From NCBI GenBank assembly GCA_963776275.1, contig CAVZMI010000026.1, forward strand, positions 1 to 64,000: DNA of 64,000 bases, read 5' to 3'. The notes below the pieces were generated by a model that saw only the letters and a program-made list of their open reading frames with translations, had not been told where the DNA came from and did not search any database. Made by a program: the position numbers and the translations under genes. This DNA comes from Ignavibacteriota bacterium (lineage in GTDB: Bacteria > Bacteroidota > Ignavibacteria > UBA10030 > CAVZMI01). Positions 12,487 through 22,800 of this stretch are shown here, piece by piece. Positions within the stretch are counted from its first letter, which is position 1. Each line of letters starts with the position of its first letter.

Positions 12487-13373
12487 TCTCTGCTTCTCCT
12501 TATTTCATAACTCTGAAATGCTTCCGTTCGACGATCAGGCGGAATTCGAATCAACCAGTTCATGATATCTGTCATTGCAGCTTTGTAGGTTGGGATAATA
12601 TTCTTCTGTCCATTTTGATTAAAATTTTCACTCCTAAAATCGTATTTATCTTTAAGCGCAATTAAATAAAGCGCTTCTTTCGCTCTATTCACTCCATGTG
12701 GAAGCTCTGCAATAAATTCCATGCCCATTAACCGGATATCTTTTTCAAATTCCTGTTCTTTTTTTTCAACCGCGTAGGCATTGTTCTTAAGATAAATATT
12801 CGGCATAACGAGCTGGACAGAATCGTCTGCAAGAAGATTGAACAGATACAGGTAGCAGTCTTTTGACGCTGATATCTGAAAATCAACCCTATCATTCCGT
12901 GCTGGGTCGCCCCGATCGATGAAAACAGGACTCTTTAAATCGATTTGAGCGACAAATGATGGATCGCTTTCTCCGGTTTCTTTGACAACATAAGCGCGCA
13001 GATGTGCAATATAAACAGGTATACCGTTTTCTATCACTGTCTCAAATTGTTTCTCTTCTTTCAGGATCTTCCCGGCTGCTGTGCTTCTGCTTAAACGGGC
13101 GAATGTATCAAAGTACTCTTCGGACTTGTTGTTTTTCATTAACTCACCGGTGTTACTAAAAAGCTCCTCACTAATTTTTACACCGACGACCTGTTTTATA
13201 GCCTCCCCGCGGGCAATATCGAGGGCTTTAGCTCTACCTTCCTCGGGAGTAATACCTTCACTTCCAGATCTGCCCGTAGAGGTAACCCACATACCCTCCT
13301 GAGCTCGGATTGAAGATGCACTAAAAGCTAAAAACAATATGAAAATCGATATTTTCATAACCGTGTTTTTCAT
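12483..13373 (-). CDS. Secreted FlgT-N/LPP20-like plus DUF4384 domain protein
   Basis: Signal peptide; EEGRAKALDIARGEAIKQVVGVKI; ASKDCYLYLFNLLADDSVQLVMPN. Confidence 0.65.
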   Translation of the reverse strand: MKNTVMKISIFILFLAFSASSIRAQEGMWVTSTGRSGSEGITPEEGRAKALDIARGEAIKQVVGVKISEELFSNTGELMKNNKSEEYFDTFARLSRSTAAGKILKEEKQFETVIENGIPVYIAHLRAYVVKETGESDPSFVAQIDLKSPVFIDRGDPARNDRVDFQISASKDCYLYLFNLLADDSVQLVMPNIYLKNNAYAVEKKEQEFEKDIRLMGMEFIAELPHGVNRAKEALYLIALKDKYDFRSENFNQNGQKNIIPTYKAAMTDIMNWLIRIPPDRRTEAFQSYEIRRSRE

Positions 13374-13428
13374 TATTCTGGAAAATACTTAGATGGAAAA
13401 AAGAGTAAAAGAATTCAAGTGCAAATAA

Positions 13429-14419
13429 TTAATCCCGAGCGCAACGAAACCCGACGTTGTTGCTCCAGCCGACAGGATTACTCCTGAGACGACCCGTAAG
13501 CTGACAGACGTTGTCGTAGTTTAACCACGAACCACCGCGAATAACACGGTATGAATCGCTTGAAGGACCTATTGGGTTCGTTTGTGAATCCGATGTGTAC
13601 GATCCATACCAATCTGCGCACCACTCCCAAACATTACCACTCATATCACACAAACCAATTTCATTTGGCTGCTTTAATCTAACCTCATGTGTTTTAGAAC
13701 CTGAGTTATCGGAATACCACGCTACATCGGCAAGATCATTACTTCCACTATACTTGCATCCTCTACTTTTATTCCCTCCCCACGCCGCGTATTCCCATTC
13801 TGCTTCAGTCGGTAATCGTATCGTTTTCCCTGTTTGTACAGAAACCCATTTACAAAAGGTAACTGCGTCATCCCAACTCACGTTGATCACAGGTCGGTTA
13901 CCGCGTCCCCAGCCATTATCGCCCGGTTTGCTTCTTCCTGTCGCATTACAAAATTTGTCATATTGAGTGAATGTAATCTCTGTTGCGCTCATATAAAAGC
14001 TCTTCAGCGATACTGTATGCACGGGCTTTTCATCATCACGACCATCGTTACTTCCCATTTGAAATGTGCCCCCTTCGATGAAAACCCATTTAACATCAAG
14101 TCCAACAGCTGTACGAAGAGAGATCTGTCCAACCTTCAACTGGCAGTCCCTCTAACTGTGGTTCCCAATAAATGAGTTTGTCACTTCCGGGAGAGATTTC
14201 ACTTAGATTCCCCGCAATTTTTTGTGGAGTTATGGATGTTCCATCCGAGCGTGTTGCAGTGATGGAAATATTGTAGGTTTCTATATCATTACCTGAAAGA
14301 TTGTATAGAATGATAACCCGTCCGTTTTTGACCTCAGTTCGTACGTTTGAGATGGTTTGGGAAAATAACAATCCCGATGCCTCGATACCAATCATTAAAA
14401 TTATGAGTAAACGCACCAT
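13429..14419 (-). CDS. Secreted Ig-like plus FGE-sulfatase (C-type lectin fold) protein, frameshift at ~14128
   Basis: N-terminal QTISNVRTEVKNG domain (ORF 14096-14458) joins GGTFQMGS, RLPTEAEWEYAA, DMSGNVWEWC, RGGSW...GFRCARD. Confidence 0.85.
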
Positions 14420-14464
14420 ATCATATCCATAAAAAATGTAAACAACAACATGCCTCATACAGTG

Positions 14465-16678
14465 CTAATACTTCACTAAAACTTTTTCTTTATTCTTTCC
14501 TAGTACTTCCGGCTTTTGTTCTCTATCCAACAATCCTGCTGTCTTTGGTACATTTTCAATTAAGTATCTTTCCAACTCTGAAATTGTCAGATTTTTGTCC
14601 TTATTTACATCCGCATCACCTCGTAATCCTTTGAGTAAGAAATATGTGAACAATCCATGCTTCTTCTCCGGATACCCGCTGCTGATTTGTTCACCGCCGG
14701 ATGCTGTAAACACTGTAATCCTATCTGATGTAAGAGCCGGATTGGCGATCGAAATCCGAATAGGGCGCGCGTCTGCAAAGAGCATTTTATTGTCGCGCGT
14801 TACACCGCTAAAGCAGGCATCGAGAAACACTGTTATCGATTTTGCATTAAGCTTTCCGAGTTCTTCGTACAATCGGTTCAGACTAAAACCGGTTTGCGCC
14901 GGGTAATTTGGATCGCCGTCTGATGGAATGAGATATGGTGATTTGTCCTTCAGGTCAGGAGCACCATGACCAGCATAGTAAATAATGACATCGGTCGAGG
15001 GATCAACGCGCTTCGAGAGCCAGCCGTTTTCAGAAAACAATTTTTCAAATTCGTTTCTTGATACCTCATCGTCTGTCCGATAATAAAGATGGTTTTTATC
15101 ATCGGGAACTCCCAGTACTCTCACAGCATAATCACGCATGACGGCCGCATCACGCTTTGCGTAAGGAACGCTTGTAACATTGCGATATTGTTCTACACCA
15201 AAAATTATAGCTATTTTATTTTGTCCTGCGACTTCAATCTTTGGGATATTTACATCAACATCGATTGAGAGTCCTGTCATAAGCTCAACTGTTCCGGTTT
15301 GCTCATCCTTTCCCTTGACAGTGATCTGTTCGATTGCCGCTACTCGTTTATTAAATTCCAGCGGCAGGCGGTAATTCACAATGCCATATTTCCCACGGGA
15401 TTCTGATACAGACATATACATGGGCACTTCGGTCGCCTGTAAATTAGTATAGATAGAAAATTTTGCATCGTAGGTTTTTCCGCTTTCTAATGTACCCATT
15501 GCAAATGACGAAGAAGAACCTTCAGCAAAGAATACATTTGCACCCAGTGTAATCCTAGCATTGACAGATTGTGCCGCGCCTCGACCTTTATTACCGATGC
15601 GAACCGTAATTGTCTGTATCTCTCCCGGTTTGATTATTCCGGAACCGGAGTTGTTTTCAAGTACTAAATCTGCAATGGCAAGCTGTGGTGGAACAAGCGC
15701 TTTTGTCTCGAACATTACTTTCACAGGTGCAGGCGCAAAGCCCTGTGCTTCTTTTGGAGTGAGGGTAACCGATACATTACCGTCTGCAAGGTTACCAGAT
15801 GCCTGCAATGGTATGGATGCAGAAACAGTTTTACCGGCCGGTATCTCACCAACATATATCGATGAGGGGATCGTGATATCTGTAACCTTTTCTGTTAAAA
15901 CCAAAACCTCAAAGCCGACACCATCTCCTTTTCCGCTGTTTGTGATCTTCAAAGCGATCTCGCCGCGTTCTTCTGCGTCAAGCTTTTTATTACCGGATGG
16001 TTCTTTGAGTTCGACGGTCATGCTCAAAGCGGGCGGCAAACCAGATTTCTTTGATGTGATGTAGCTTGGTGATACTCCGCGTTTCGGTCCGAATGCATAA
16101 GTGGCGCCAGCGATGGGGTACGAGATTGTCCAGTTGTAATACTCCCAATTTCCATCCGCAGTTAGTCGCCTTTTTCCACCTGCAGATAATTTTGATACTG
16201 AGCTTTTAAAAGCTTTTGCATTTGCTTGTGGCACAACAACCCAATCACTTTGGCCTGAAATCATAACCGTTATTGGAAATTTTTCTTCTTCAGGATTGTA
16301 GGTACCGATAGTAAAAGAAGAAGAGATGTTCTCTTCAGTTGTTGCAAGAAATTGCTCCCGTTCTTGCTTTATCTCTTCGATACGCCGGTCGAAGATGGCG
16401 TGTGCTGCTGCAATTTCTTGCTCATACTCCTGACTGATTTGCTGCACTAACCTTACGCTTTCCTGCTTGCGCTTTTCAAATTGTGTTTGAGTCTCAAACT
16501 CATCCTTAACCGGAGCTTGTAAAGCTGTAATTTTAGAATCGCGTTCCCGTTCCAGCGATACGGCAGAAAATGGAGTATTGATAAGCGTCTTGAGCATATC
16601 AAGCCGTTTCTGGGCATCTTGTGCGATGCACACAGATATCATTGAAAGCGATATTAAAAAGACCTTAATTCTTTTCAT
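14465..16678 (-). CDS. Secreted caspase family protein with KDEFET coiled-coil and two CARDB-like Ig domains
   Basis: Signal peptide; KDEFETQTQFEKR; EPSGNKKLDAEERG; YAGHG and LDACFSG dyad. Confidence 0.85.
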   Translation of the reverse strand: MKRIKVFLISLSMISVCIAQDAQKRLDMLKTLINTPFSAVSLERERDSKITALQAPVKDEFETQTQFEKRKQESVRLVQQISQEYEQEIAAAHAIFDRRIEEIKQEREQFLATTEENISSSFTIGTYNPEEEKFPITVMISGQSDWVVVPQANAKAFKSSVSKLSAGGKRRLTADGNWEYYNWTISYPIAGATYAFGPKRGVSPSYITSKKSGLPPALSMTVELKEPSGNKKLDAEERGEIALKITNSGKGDGVGFEVLVLTEKVTDITIPSSIYVGEIPAGKTVSASIPLQASGNLADGNVSVTLTPKEAQGFAPAPVKVMFETKALVPPQLAIADLVLENNSGSGIIKPGEIQTITVRIGNKGRGAAQSVNARITLGANVFFAEGSSSSFAMGTLESGKTYDAKFSIYTNLQATEVPMYMSVSESRGKYGIVNYRLPLEFNKRVAAIEQITVKGKDEQTGTVELMTGLSIDVDVNIPKIEVAGQNKIAIIFGVEQYRNVTSVPYAKRDAAVMRDYAVRVLGVPDDKNHLYYRTDDEVSRNEFEKLFSENGWLSKRVDPSTDVIIYYAGHGAPDLKDKSPYLIPSDGDPNYPAQTGFSLNRLYEELGKLNAKSITVFLDACFSGVTRDNKMLFADARPIRISIANPALTSDRITVFTASGGEQISSGYPEKKHGLFTYFLLKGLRGDADVNKDKNLTISELERYLIENVPKTAGLLDREQKPEVLGKNKEKVLVKY

Positions 16679-16727
16679 AATTCATCCAAAGAGAGTAAAA
16701 AGATTAATTAAAAGAGTACAAGTGTAA

Positions 16728-17080
16728 CTAATCCCGAGCGCAACGAAACCCACCGTCGTCGAACCTGCCGTCAGCATTGAGTTTGACGCGATACGCAGGC
16801 CGACAGTTGAAACCGCTGTAGTTCCACGATCCGCCGCGAAGTACGCGGGATCGCCCCGTTGATAGGCCTTTAGGATTTTGTAATGTACTATTCTGGTAGT
16901 AATTCTTGCTATACCAATCTTCACACCATTCTTATACATTGCCTTTCAATTCATATAACTCAAATTTGTTTGGTTGTTTTGTCACGACTTCATGAGCTCT
17001 GCGTCACAAATTATTACAGTACCACACAACCGAATTCAGATCCCCATTATAGAATGCTCATATCCATTGATATTTCTCCT
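16728..17080 (-). pseudogene. FGE-sulfatase C-terminal remnant
   Basis: Hand translation: GDLNSVVWYCNNL*RRAHEVVTKQPNKFELYELKGNV*EWCEDWY...RVLRGGSWNYSGFNCRPAYRVKLNADGRFDDGGFRCARD*. Two internal stops. Confidence 0.8.
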
Positions 17081-17202
17081 TACTCGTGCCGAATTTTACT
17101 ATTCTGAACCATATGGTATTAGTATTTTCCCGCCATATTGTTTACTTACTCATTCATAAAAATTCTTTTATATAATTTCAATTTGCATTAATCACAGATC
17201 AT

Positions 17203-17826
17203 TTATCTCTCATGTATCCTTCTTCTAATCTCATTTGAATCTACATCTAACGGTGCAAGACCACGATCACGCATAACCTCCCTCATAATCGAATCGCGGT
17301 AATGTTTTTGCTGCCTCATAATTGAGTCGCGGTTGTGTTCTTCCTGTCTTTTAATCAACATACTTCTAGTCTTACTATCTACATCAGCTTTGAGTGTGAT
17401 CTTCCACCCATCGACAGTACGCCTTTCTAATTGTGGCTCCCAAAATATGAGTTTGTTATTTCCTGGTGTAACTCCTCTCATCTCACCGGCTACTTTCTGT
17501 GGCGTTACATTAGAGCCATTTGAGCGCGTTGCACTAATGGAAATATTATAGGTTTCATCTGGCTTTCCAAAAAGATCATATTGGATTTCCACTCTACCAT
17601 TCTTTACTTCAGTTCGTACGTTCGAGATGGTTTGGGAAAGAGTCGAGTCGGATATTAGTAATAAAAAGATGATAGCAAGAGATTGGCGAGTCATAGTGAA
17701 AACTAAATCCTTAAAGTGTGCATAGCCATGCGGGCGGGGCACATATCCGCTATAATAAGAACCGCTATATCCGACAAGTGGAATAGTAACAAGAATAAGC
17801 AATAAATGAAAAAATTTTATTGACAC
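17203..17826 (-). CDS. Secreted protein with the QTISNVRTEVKNG Ig-like domain (start may be 17694)
   Basis: Paralogous to the N-terminus of 13429-14419. Tail carries a duplicated RDSIMR motif. Confidence 0.6.
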   Translation of the reverse strand: MSIKFFHLLLILVTIPLVGYSGSYYSGYVPRPHGYAHFKDLVFTMTRQSLAIIFLLLISDSTLSQTISNVRTEVKNGRVEIQYDLFGKPDETYNISISATRSNGSNVTPQKVAGEMRGVTPGNNKLIFWEPQLERRTVDGWKITLKADVDSKTRSMLIKRQEEHNRDSIMRQQKHYRDSIMREVMRDRGLAPLDVDSNEIRRRIHER

Positions 17827-17865
17827 AAATCCTTCTTTTGTTTGTGGTGAATATATATAGAGCTA

Positions 17866-19149
17866 TCATTTCTCCTTCACGACAATCGACATCGGCAGAT
17901 TGCGATCCCACGTGGTTGAGCTCGGATTCGGATGCTGAAGAGACTTCGTATCCTGGCGAACTTTTAGATTGACAAAATCGACCAACTCACCAAGGCGCAC
18001 TAGTCCGTCTGCGTCAACATCCGCTTTTCCCAGCAACCCTTCCAGTAAATAGTAAGTGAATACGCCATGACCTCCGCCCCATTGCTGGGATTCCTGTGAC
18101 AACTCCGCCGCTTCGCTAGCGCTGAAGGTTAGCACACTGCTTCCGGCATTCGCAATTTCCGTAAGAAAATCATTGATAAGCTCTACACTCGCCGAACCGC
18201 GCATTGCGACACTCGAGCTAATACCGGCACTGTGACAAGCGTCTGCAAAGACGATAACTTTCTTGGCTTTAATATAGTCATGTATGGCGACCTGTATATC
18301 CTGCATATTCACCGCCGTTGCGGCCGGTTTCGCGAGGTCGGAATCGTACGCAAGCAGATAAGGAACATTTGGCCGGTAAGGGTCGGGCGTACCATGACAG
18401 GCGAAGAAAATAATGACAACATCCTCTTCAAGCGGACTTTTCATGAAGTCGAAAATTGCTTCCTGAATATTGGTTTTTGTCGCATCCTTATCTATAAGCT
18501 TCCGTATGTTAACGGGCGCCACACCGCGCCCTCCTTTTTCCAGCGGTGTGATCAGGTATTGATAGAAATCTTCCGCATCTCTATCGGCATACCTCAACCG
18601 GGTAATCTGAGAATTCTGATATTCTGAAATTCCGATGACCACAGCCCACACCTGGTGCCCCTTGAACGGCTCGACCGGTAACCTCTTCTCCTGCACAGCA
18701 ACTACAACCTCACGGCGTACTGTCAGCGTCTGTATGCTTGTGTTTTTACTTACATCGACCGCATTTATTTCTATACGATTAATGCCGAATTGCAGCAGCT
18801 GAGTCGATGCAAATTCACAACCGCCTTCGACAGGTTTCAGGGATGCTTCACTGCCGTTGACATATACAACTGCGACACCTCCCGAGTCTTTCGCAATACC
18901 ACGAATCTTTAACTCGGCCGATCTCACGACAAGGGTATCGCCGGCGATTTTCATTCCACGCGTTGCAATGCCACCCGGCTCTATTATTTCGATGCCCGGC
19001 GGCGTGATATCTTTAATTTCCTTCGGTTTAATTGGAGCGTGGATAAGTGTGCCCGTATTACTCTCGGAAGAGGATGTCTGCGACATCAAGACATACGATG
19101 AAAAAATTATCATCGCCAGGACACACCAGAAGATTCTTTTCATATTCAT
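17866..19149 (-). CDS. Secreted Ig-like plus caspase family protein
   Basis: RBS GGAGG; signal peptide; DITPPGIEIIEP Ig domain; FACHG and ADACHSAG dyad. Confidence 0.85.
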   Translation of the reverse strand: MNMKRIFWCVLAMIIFSSYVLMSQTSSSESNTGTLIHAPIKPKEIKDITPPGIEIIEPGGIATRGMKIAGDTLVVRSAELKIRGIAKDSGGVAVVYVNGSEASLKPVEGGCEFASTQLLQFGINRIEINAVDVSKNTSIQTLTVRREVVVAVQEKRLPVEPFKGHQVWAVVIGISEYQNSQITRLRYADRDAEDFYQYLITPLEKGGRGVAPVNIRKLIDKDATKTNIQEAIFDFMKSPLEEDVVIIFFACHGTPDPYRPNVPYLLAYDSDLAKPAATAVNMQDIQVAIHDYIKAKKVIVFADACHSAGISSSVAMRGSASVELINDFLTEIANAGSSVLTFSASEAAELSQESQQWGGGHGVFTYYLLEGLLGKADVDADGLVRLGELVDFVNLKVRQDTKSLQHPNPSSTTWDRNLPMSIVVKEK

Positions 19150-19160
19150 AGTACCTCCTA

Positions 19161-19682
19161 TCAATTACCAACCGGTCTTCCAACCGGCTTTGGAAAACCT
19201 TGATCTACCGACGTAGTTTCTCCGGCACCCTTGCTTAATACAATGTATGCCACTGCACCTCCGACAACTGCGGCTCCGCCAGCGATGTACCACCATGTGT
19301 AGCTGCTTGCAGGAATGAGTTCAGCCTGGACAATAAAATAAAAATCATCTCCTTCAAGACCCTGCGGCATTTCCTTCAATATATCCCAAGTGATCTGTTT
19401 ATTGTTCCCAATTTGACAATCTTCTCCTACACTCCCCTTCACTACGATAGGTTTATATTGAAAAGCAATATCTTTTTTTCTCTTGAGAGTCAACGATACC
19501 TTGTAGTCCCTGTTTGCAGGCCCCTGCAAATCATAGCTGAGAACGATCACTTTCCCCGACACCTCAAACCGGACGTTGCGTACCTCCACCTTCTCCTCTG
19601 CCTGCGCTATCGTGAATGAGATTCCGCCAATTGTAATCGCTAAAAACAATAGATAGTACAATTTCTGACATATGAATTGCAT
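19161..19682 (-). CDS. Small exported Ig-like protein with C-terminal membrane anchor and Pro-rich tail
   Basis: Signal peptide; VEVRNVRFEV...YDLQGP; WWYIAGGAAVVGGAVAYIVL; FPKPVGRP. Confidence 0.7.
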   Translation of the reverse strand: MQFICQKLYYLLFLAITIGGISFTIAQAEEKVEVRNVRFEVSGKVIVLSYDLQGPANRDYKVSLTLKRKKDIAFQYKPIVVKGSVGEDCQIGNNKQITWDILKEMPQGLEGDDFYFIVQAELIPASSYTWWYIAGGAAVVGGAVAYIVLSKGAGETTSVDQGFPKPVGRPVGN

Positions 19683-19845
19683 AATTTCCCTCGTTATCTA
19701 TTTATTAAAATGCCCTTCCTTCTCTGTATCCTCCCATGAAGCCAATGAAAAATACTCTGAGTACTCTGTGTCAGTATCACTTCTATTATTTATTACAATA
19801 AAAGGGATACAGTTCCTTTAGGTATTATATTTTTATAAATATAGA

Positions 19846-22800
19846 TTATTTAATTAGAACCATTTTCCTTACAAATGATCTGACCCCCGGAATATCCAGA
19901 CGGAAGTAGTAAACTCCGCTCGGCAGATTTCTCTGAAAATCGTTCCTTCCATCCCATGTGAACCAGTGCTGGCCCGCCTCAAGATTCCCCGAATAGACCA
20001 ACCGCACAGGCTGTCCCAGAATATTAAAGACCGTTAACGTCACAAATGAGCTCACAGGCAGCCGTACCGAAAAACTCGTCGTCGGATTGAACGGATTCGG
20101 GAAATTCTGTCCGAGCGAGAATTCAGTCGGCACTACTTCCATCGCCTTTTTCAATACCGCATCCTTCTTACCGACATACACAGAAAACTCTGAACGGCTT
20201 ACCACCGGAACGAATTTATAGACCGGGTCTTTTCGAAGATCTCGGTATTCCGCCCGCACCATGTCGACAAGGTATATTTCGTTTTCCCGAGGAACACCGG
20301 CGATCCCTTTGAAGGTAAGCGATGCCTGTTTTCTCGGCTCCGATTTCACCGTGAACGTCCATTGCTCCAGTTCATTGACCGTCGGTCTGATATCTGCAGA
20401 AAAGGCAGGATATTTGTTATCCCACTCCTTCCGCTCAAAGTACACTTCCGGAATCGGGCCAACAGCACGCGGTTTTCGCACATCGCAGACGTCAAGCTCA
20501 GGTTTGGCAAATTCCGAAACACCAAATTGCGTATCGCCGTCGATCACCCCGTCGGACAACAGCTCCACATTCACCCTCCAGCCGTCCTCTTTGATCTCCG
20601 GAACATCGGCAATCTTTGTGAACAGACTCTGATATGGAATTTTAAGAACACTCAGAACACTTGGATTTGGCGTTCCGTTGAAGAAATAGTAGCCCACATA
20701 GGGATCGAAATTTGTTGAATGTGAGAATGACCCATTCGTGAATGTAAAGATATTCGATGTGATCGTGTTCGCATTTTGTATCTTCGACCATGTAAGAGAT
20801 GATGCAAAAGGATTCGTGATTAGATTCCATCCGATGTGAAGTGGAATCTCTACTTCATATGAAGTATTTAAAGACGCAGCATTGACACTTCGATTAATTG
20901 TTACGTCGTTTTTCGAAATGAGCCAGAATGCCCGACCTGCAGAAAAACGAAATCCTGAACTGCCGTCATATACTTTCAGTGAATCTTCCGTATTCGTTCC
21001 GTTATCCCAATAGACTTGCCAGTCGGTATTCTGAGTCCCGTTGAGAATCGAACCGATATCGATGTTGCTTGTTCCCGGCAATCCTATAATACGATAATCA
21101 GCTGCCGTATAATTAGATGCTTTTTCTCTTTTTGGGAAACTGATAGTAGTATTTGCCGTGATAGTAGTCGGTGGAGATGGTATTGTCGTAAAATGCGACG
21201 GTGATGAATACGGACTTGAGCCTCCATTATTCGATGCGCTGACTCTCCAGTAATATGTCGTACCGAATGACAATGGACCGACCTGTTTGGACGTAGTCGT
21301 TAGCGTCGAGTCGTCGACAACAAGATTACCAGCGGCAAACGATGAAATTGTTGATACCTGCAGGTGATATCTTGCGGCTCCTGCGGACGAAGTCCAGATT
21401 AACGTCAGAAATAGAAGTTGATTGGTTGCACCATCTAATGGAGCGGAAAGAATCGGTGATGCAAGAGGTATTGTATTATTCATCAATATCGAGATTGTAT
21501 TGGAACCAGTATTTGCCACCGTAAGATCAATATCTCCATCTCCGTCAAAATCTCCTGTGTTTACTGATTTTGGAAAGCTTCCCACAGCCGTCCCGAAACT
21601 CGTTGTGTAGGTTCCACTGCCATTATTAGAAAGTATTGAAATTGTATTAGGAATAGATTCCGCCACTGCAAGATCGAGATCTCCATCTCCATCATAATCT
21701 CCTGCTGCGACTGAACATGGATAGCTTCCAACAGCCAATGCTTGATTCTGTGTGAATATTCCATTGCCACTGTTTAAAAGTATTGAAACTGTATTGGAAT
21801 ATTCATTTACTACCGCAAGATCGAGATCCCCATCTCCATCAAGATCTCCTGAGGTGATTGAGTGTGGAGTATCTCCAACAGCCAACACGGAACTCTGTAT
21901 GAATGTTCCGTTACCATTGTTTAAAAGTATTGAAATTGTATTGGAACCTTGATTCGTCACCGCAAGATCGATATCTCCATCTCCATCAAAATCTCCTGAA
22001 GTAATTGCCTCTGGAGAGGCTTCCACATCCGTTTTGGAACTATATATGAATTTTCCACTGCCATTGTTTGAAAGAATTGAAATTGTATTAGAACCGTTAT
22101 TAACTACCGCAAGATCAATATCACCATCTCCATCAAAATCTCCCGTAATAACTGAGTGTGGATAGCTTCCCACAGCTGTAGATGAACTCTGTATAAATGT
22201 TCCACTATCATTATTTAAAAGGATCGAAATTGTAGAGGGGCCAGAATTTGCCACTGCAAGATCGATATCACCATCTCCATCAAAATCTCCCGAGGTTATT
22301 GAAAATGGAAAGCTTCCGATGGCCGGTCCGGAATTCTGTATGAATGTTCCAATGCCATCGTTCATAAGTATTGAAACTGTGTTGGAACCATTATTAGCCA
22401 CCACGAGATCGATATCGCCATCTCCATCAAAATCTCCCGCTGTAACTGAGAATGGATCGCTTCCTACACTTACTGTAGAACTCTGTATAAATGTTCCACT
22501 GGTTGTATTTGCTTTTATAGTAAAGCTCCAACTAATACTCTTTGTTAAAGAGTCTCCTATAGTACTTGTGATCCCCCGAGTGAGCGTTACATTCACCAAT
22601 TCGCCGACTTTAAATTGTTTGTTTGGCGTAATAGTAACAACGTATGTACCGGAGTTGTAACTGAACGTGCTTGCGTGCAACCCACTTAATGAGCCATTAA
22701 TGCGCACTGTGGTGTTTGTGAGCGTGGCAGAGTTAATATCACTATCGAAGGCAACGGTGACATTGGTGCTTTTCGCTACGTTCAACGCATTGCGGATTGG

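Noticed and set aside
16728-16845. DGR template repeat
   Set aside because: It is not AAC-rich, differs from the other copy at non-A positions and has no adjacent RT or Avd. It looks like a second VR.
16682-16939. 85-aa ORF
   Set aside because: It is an alternative frame over the FGE pseudogene remnant.
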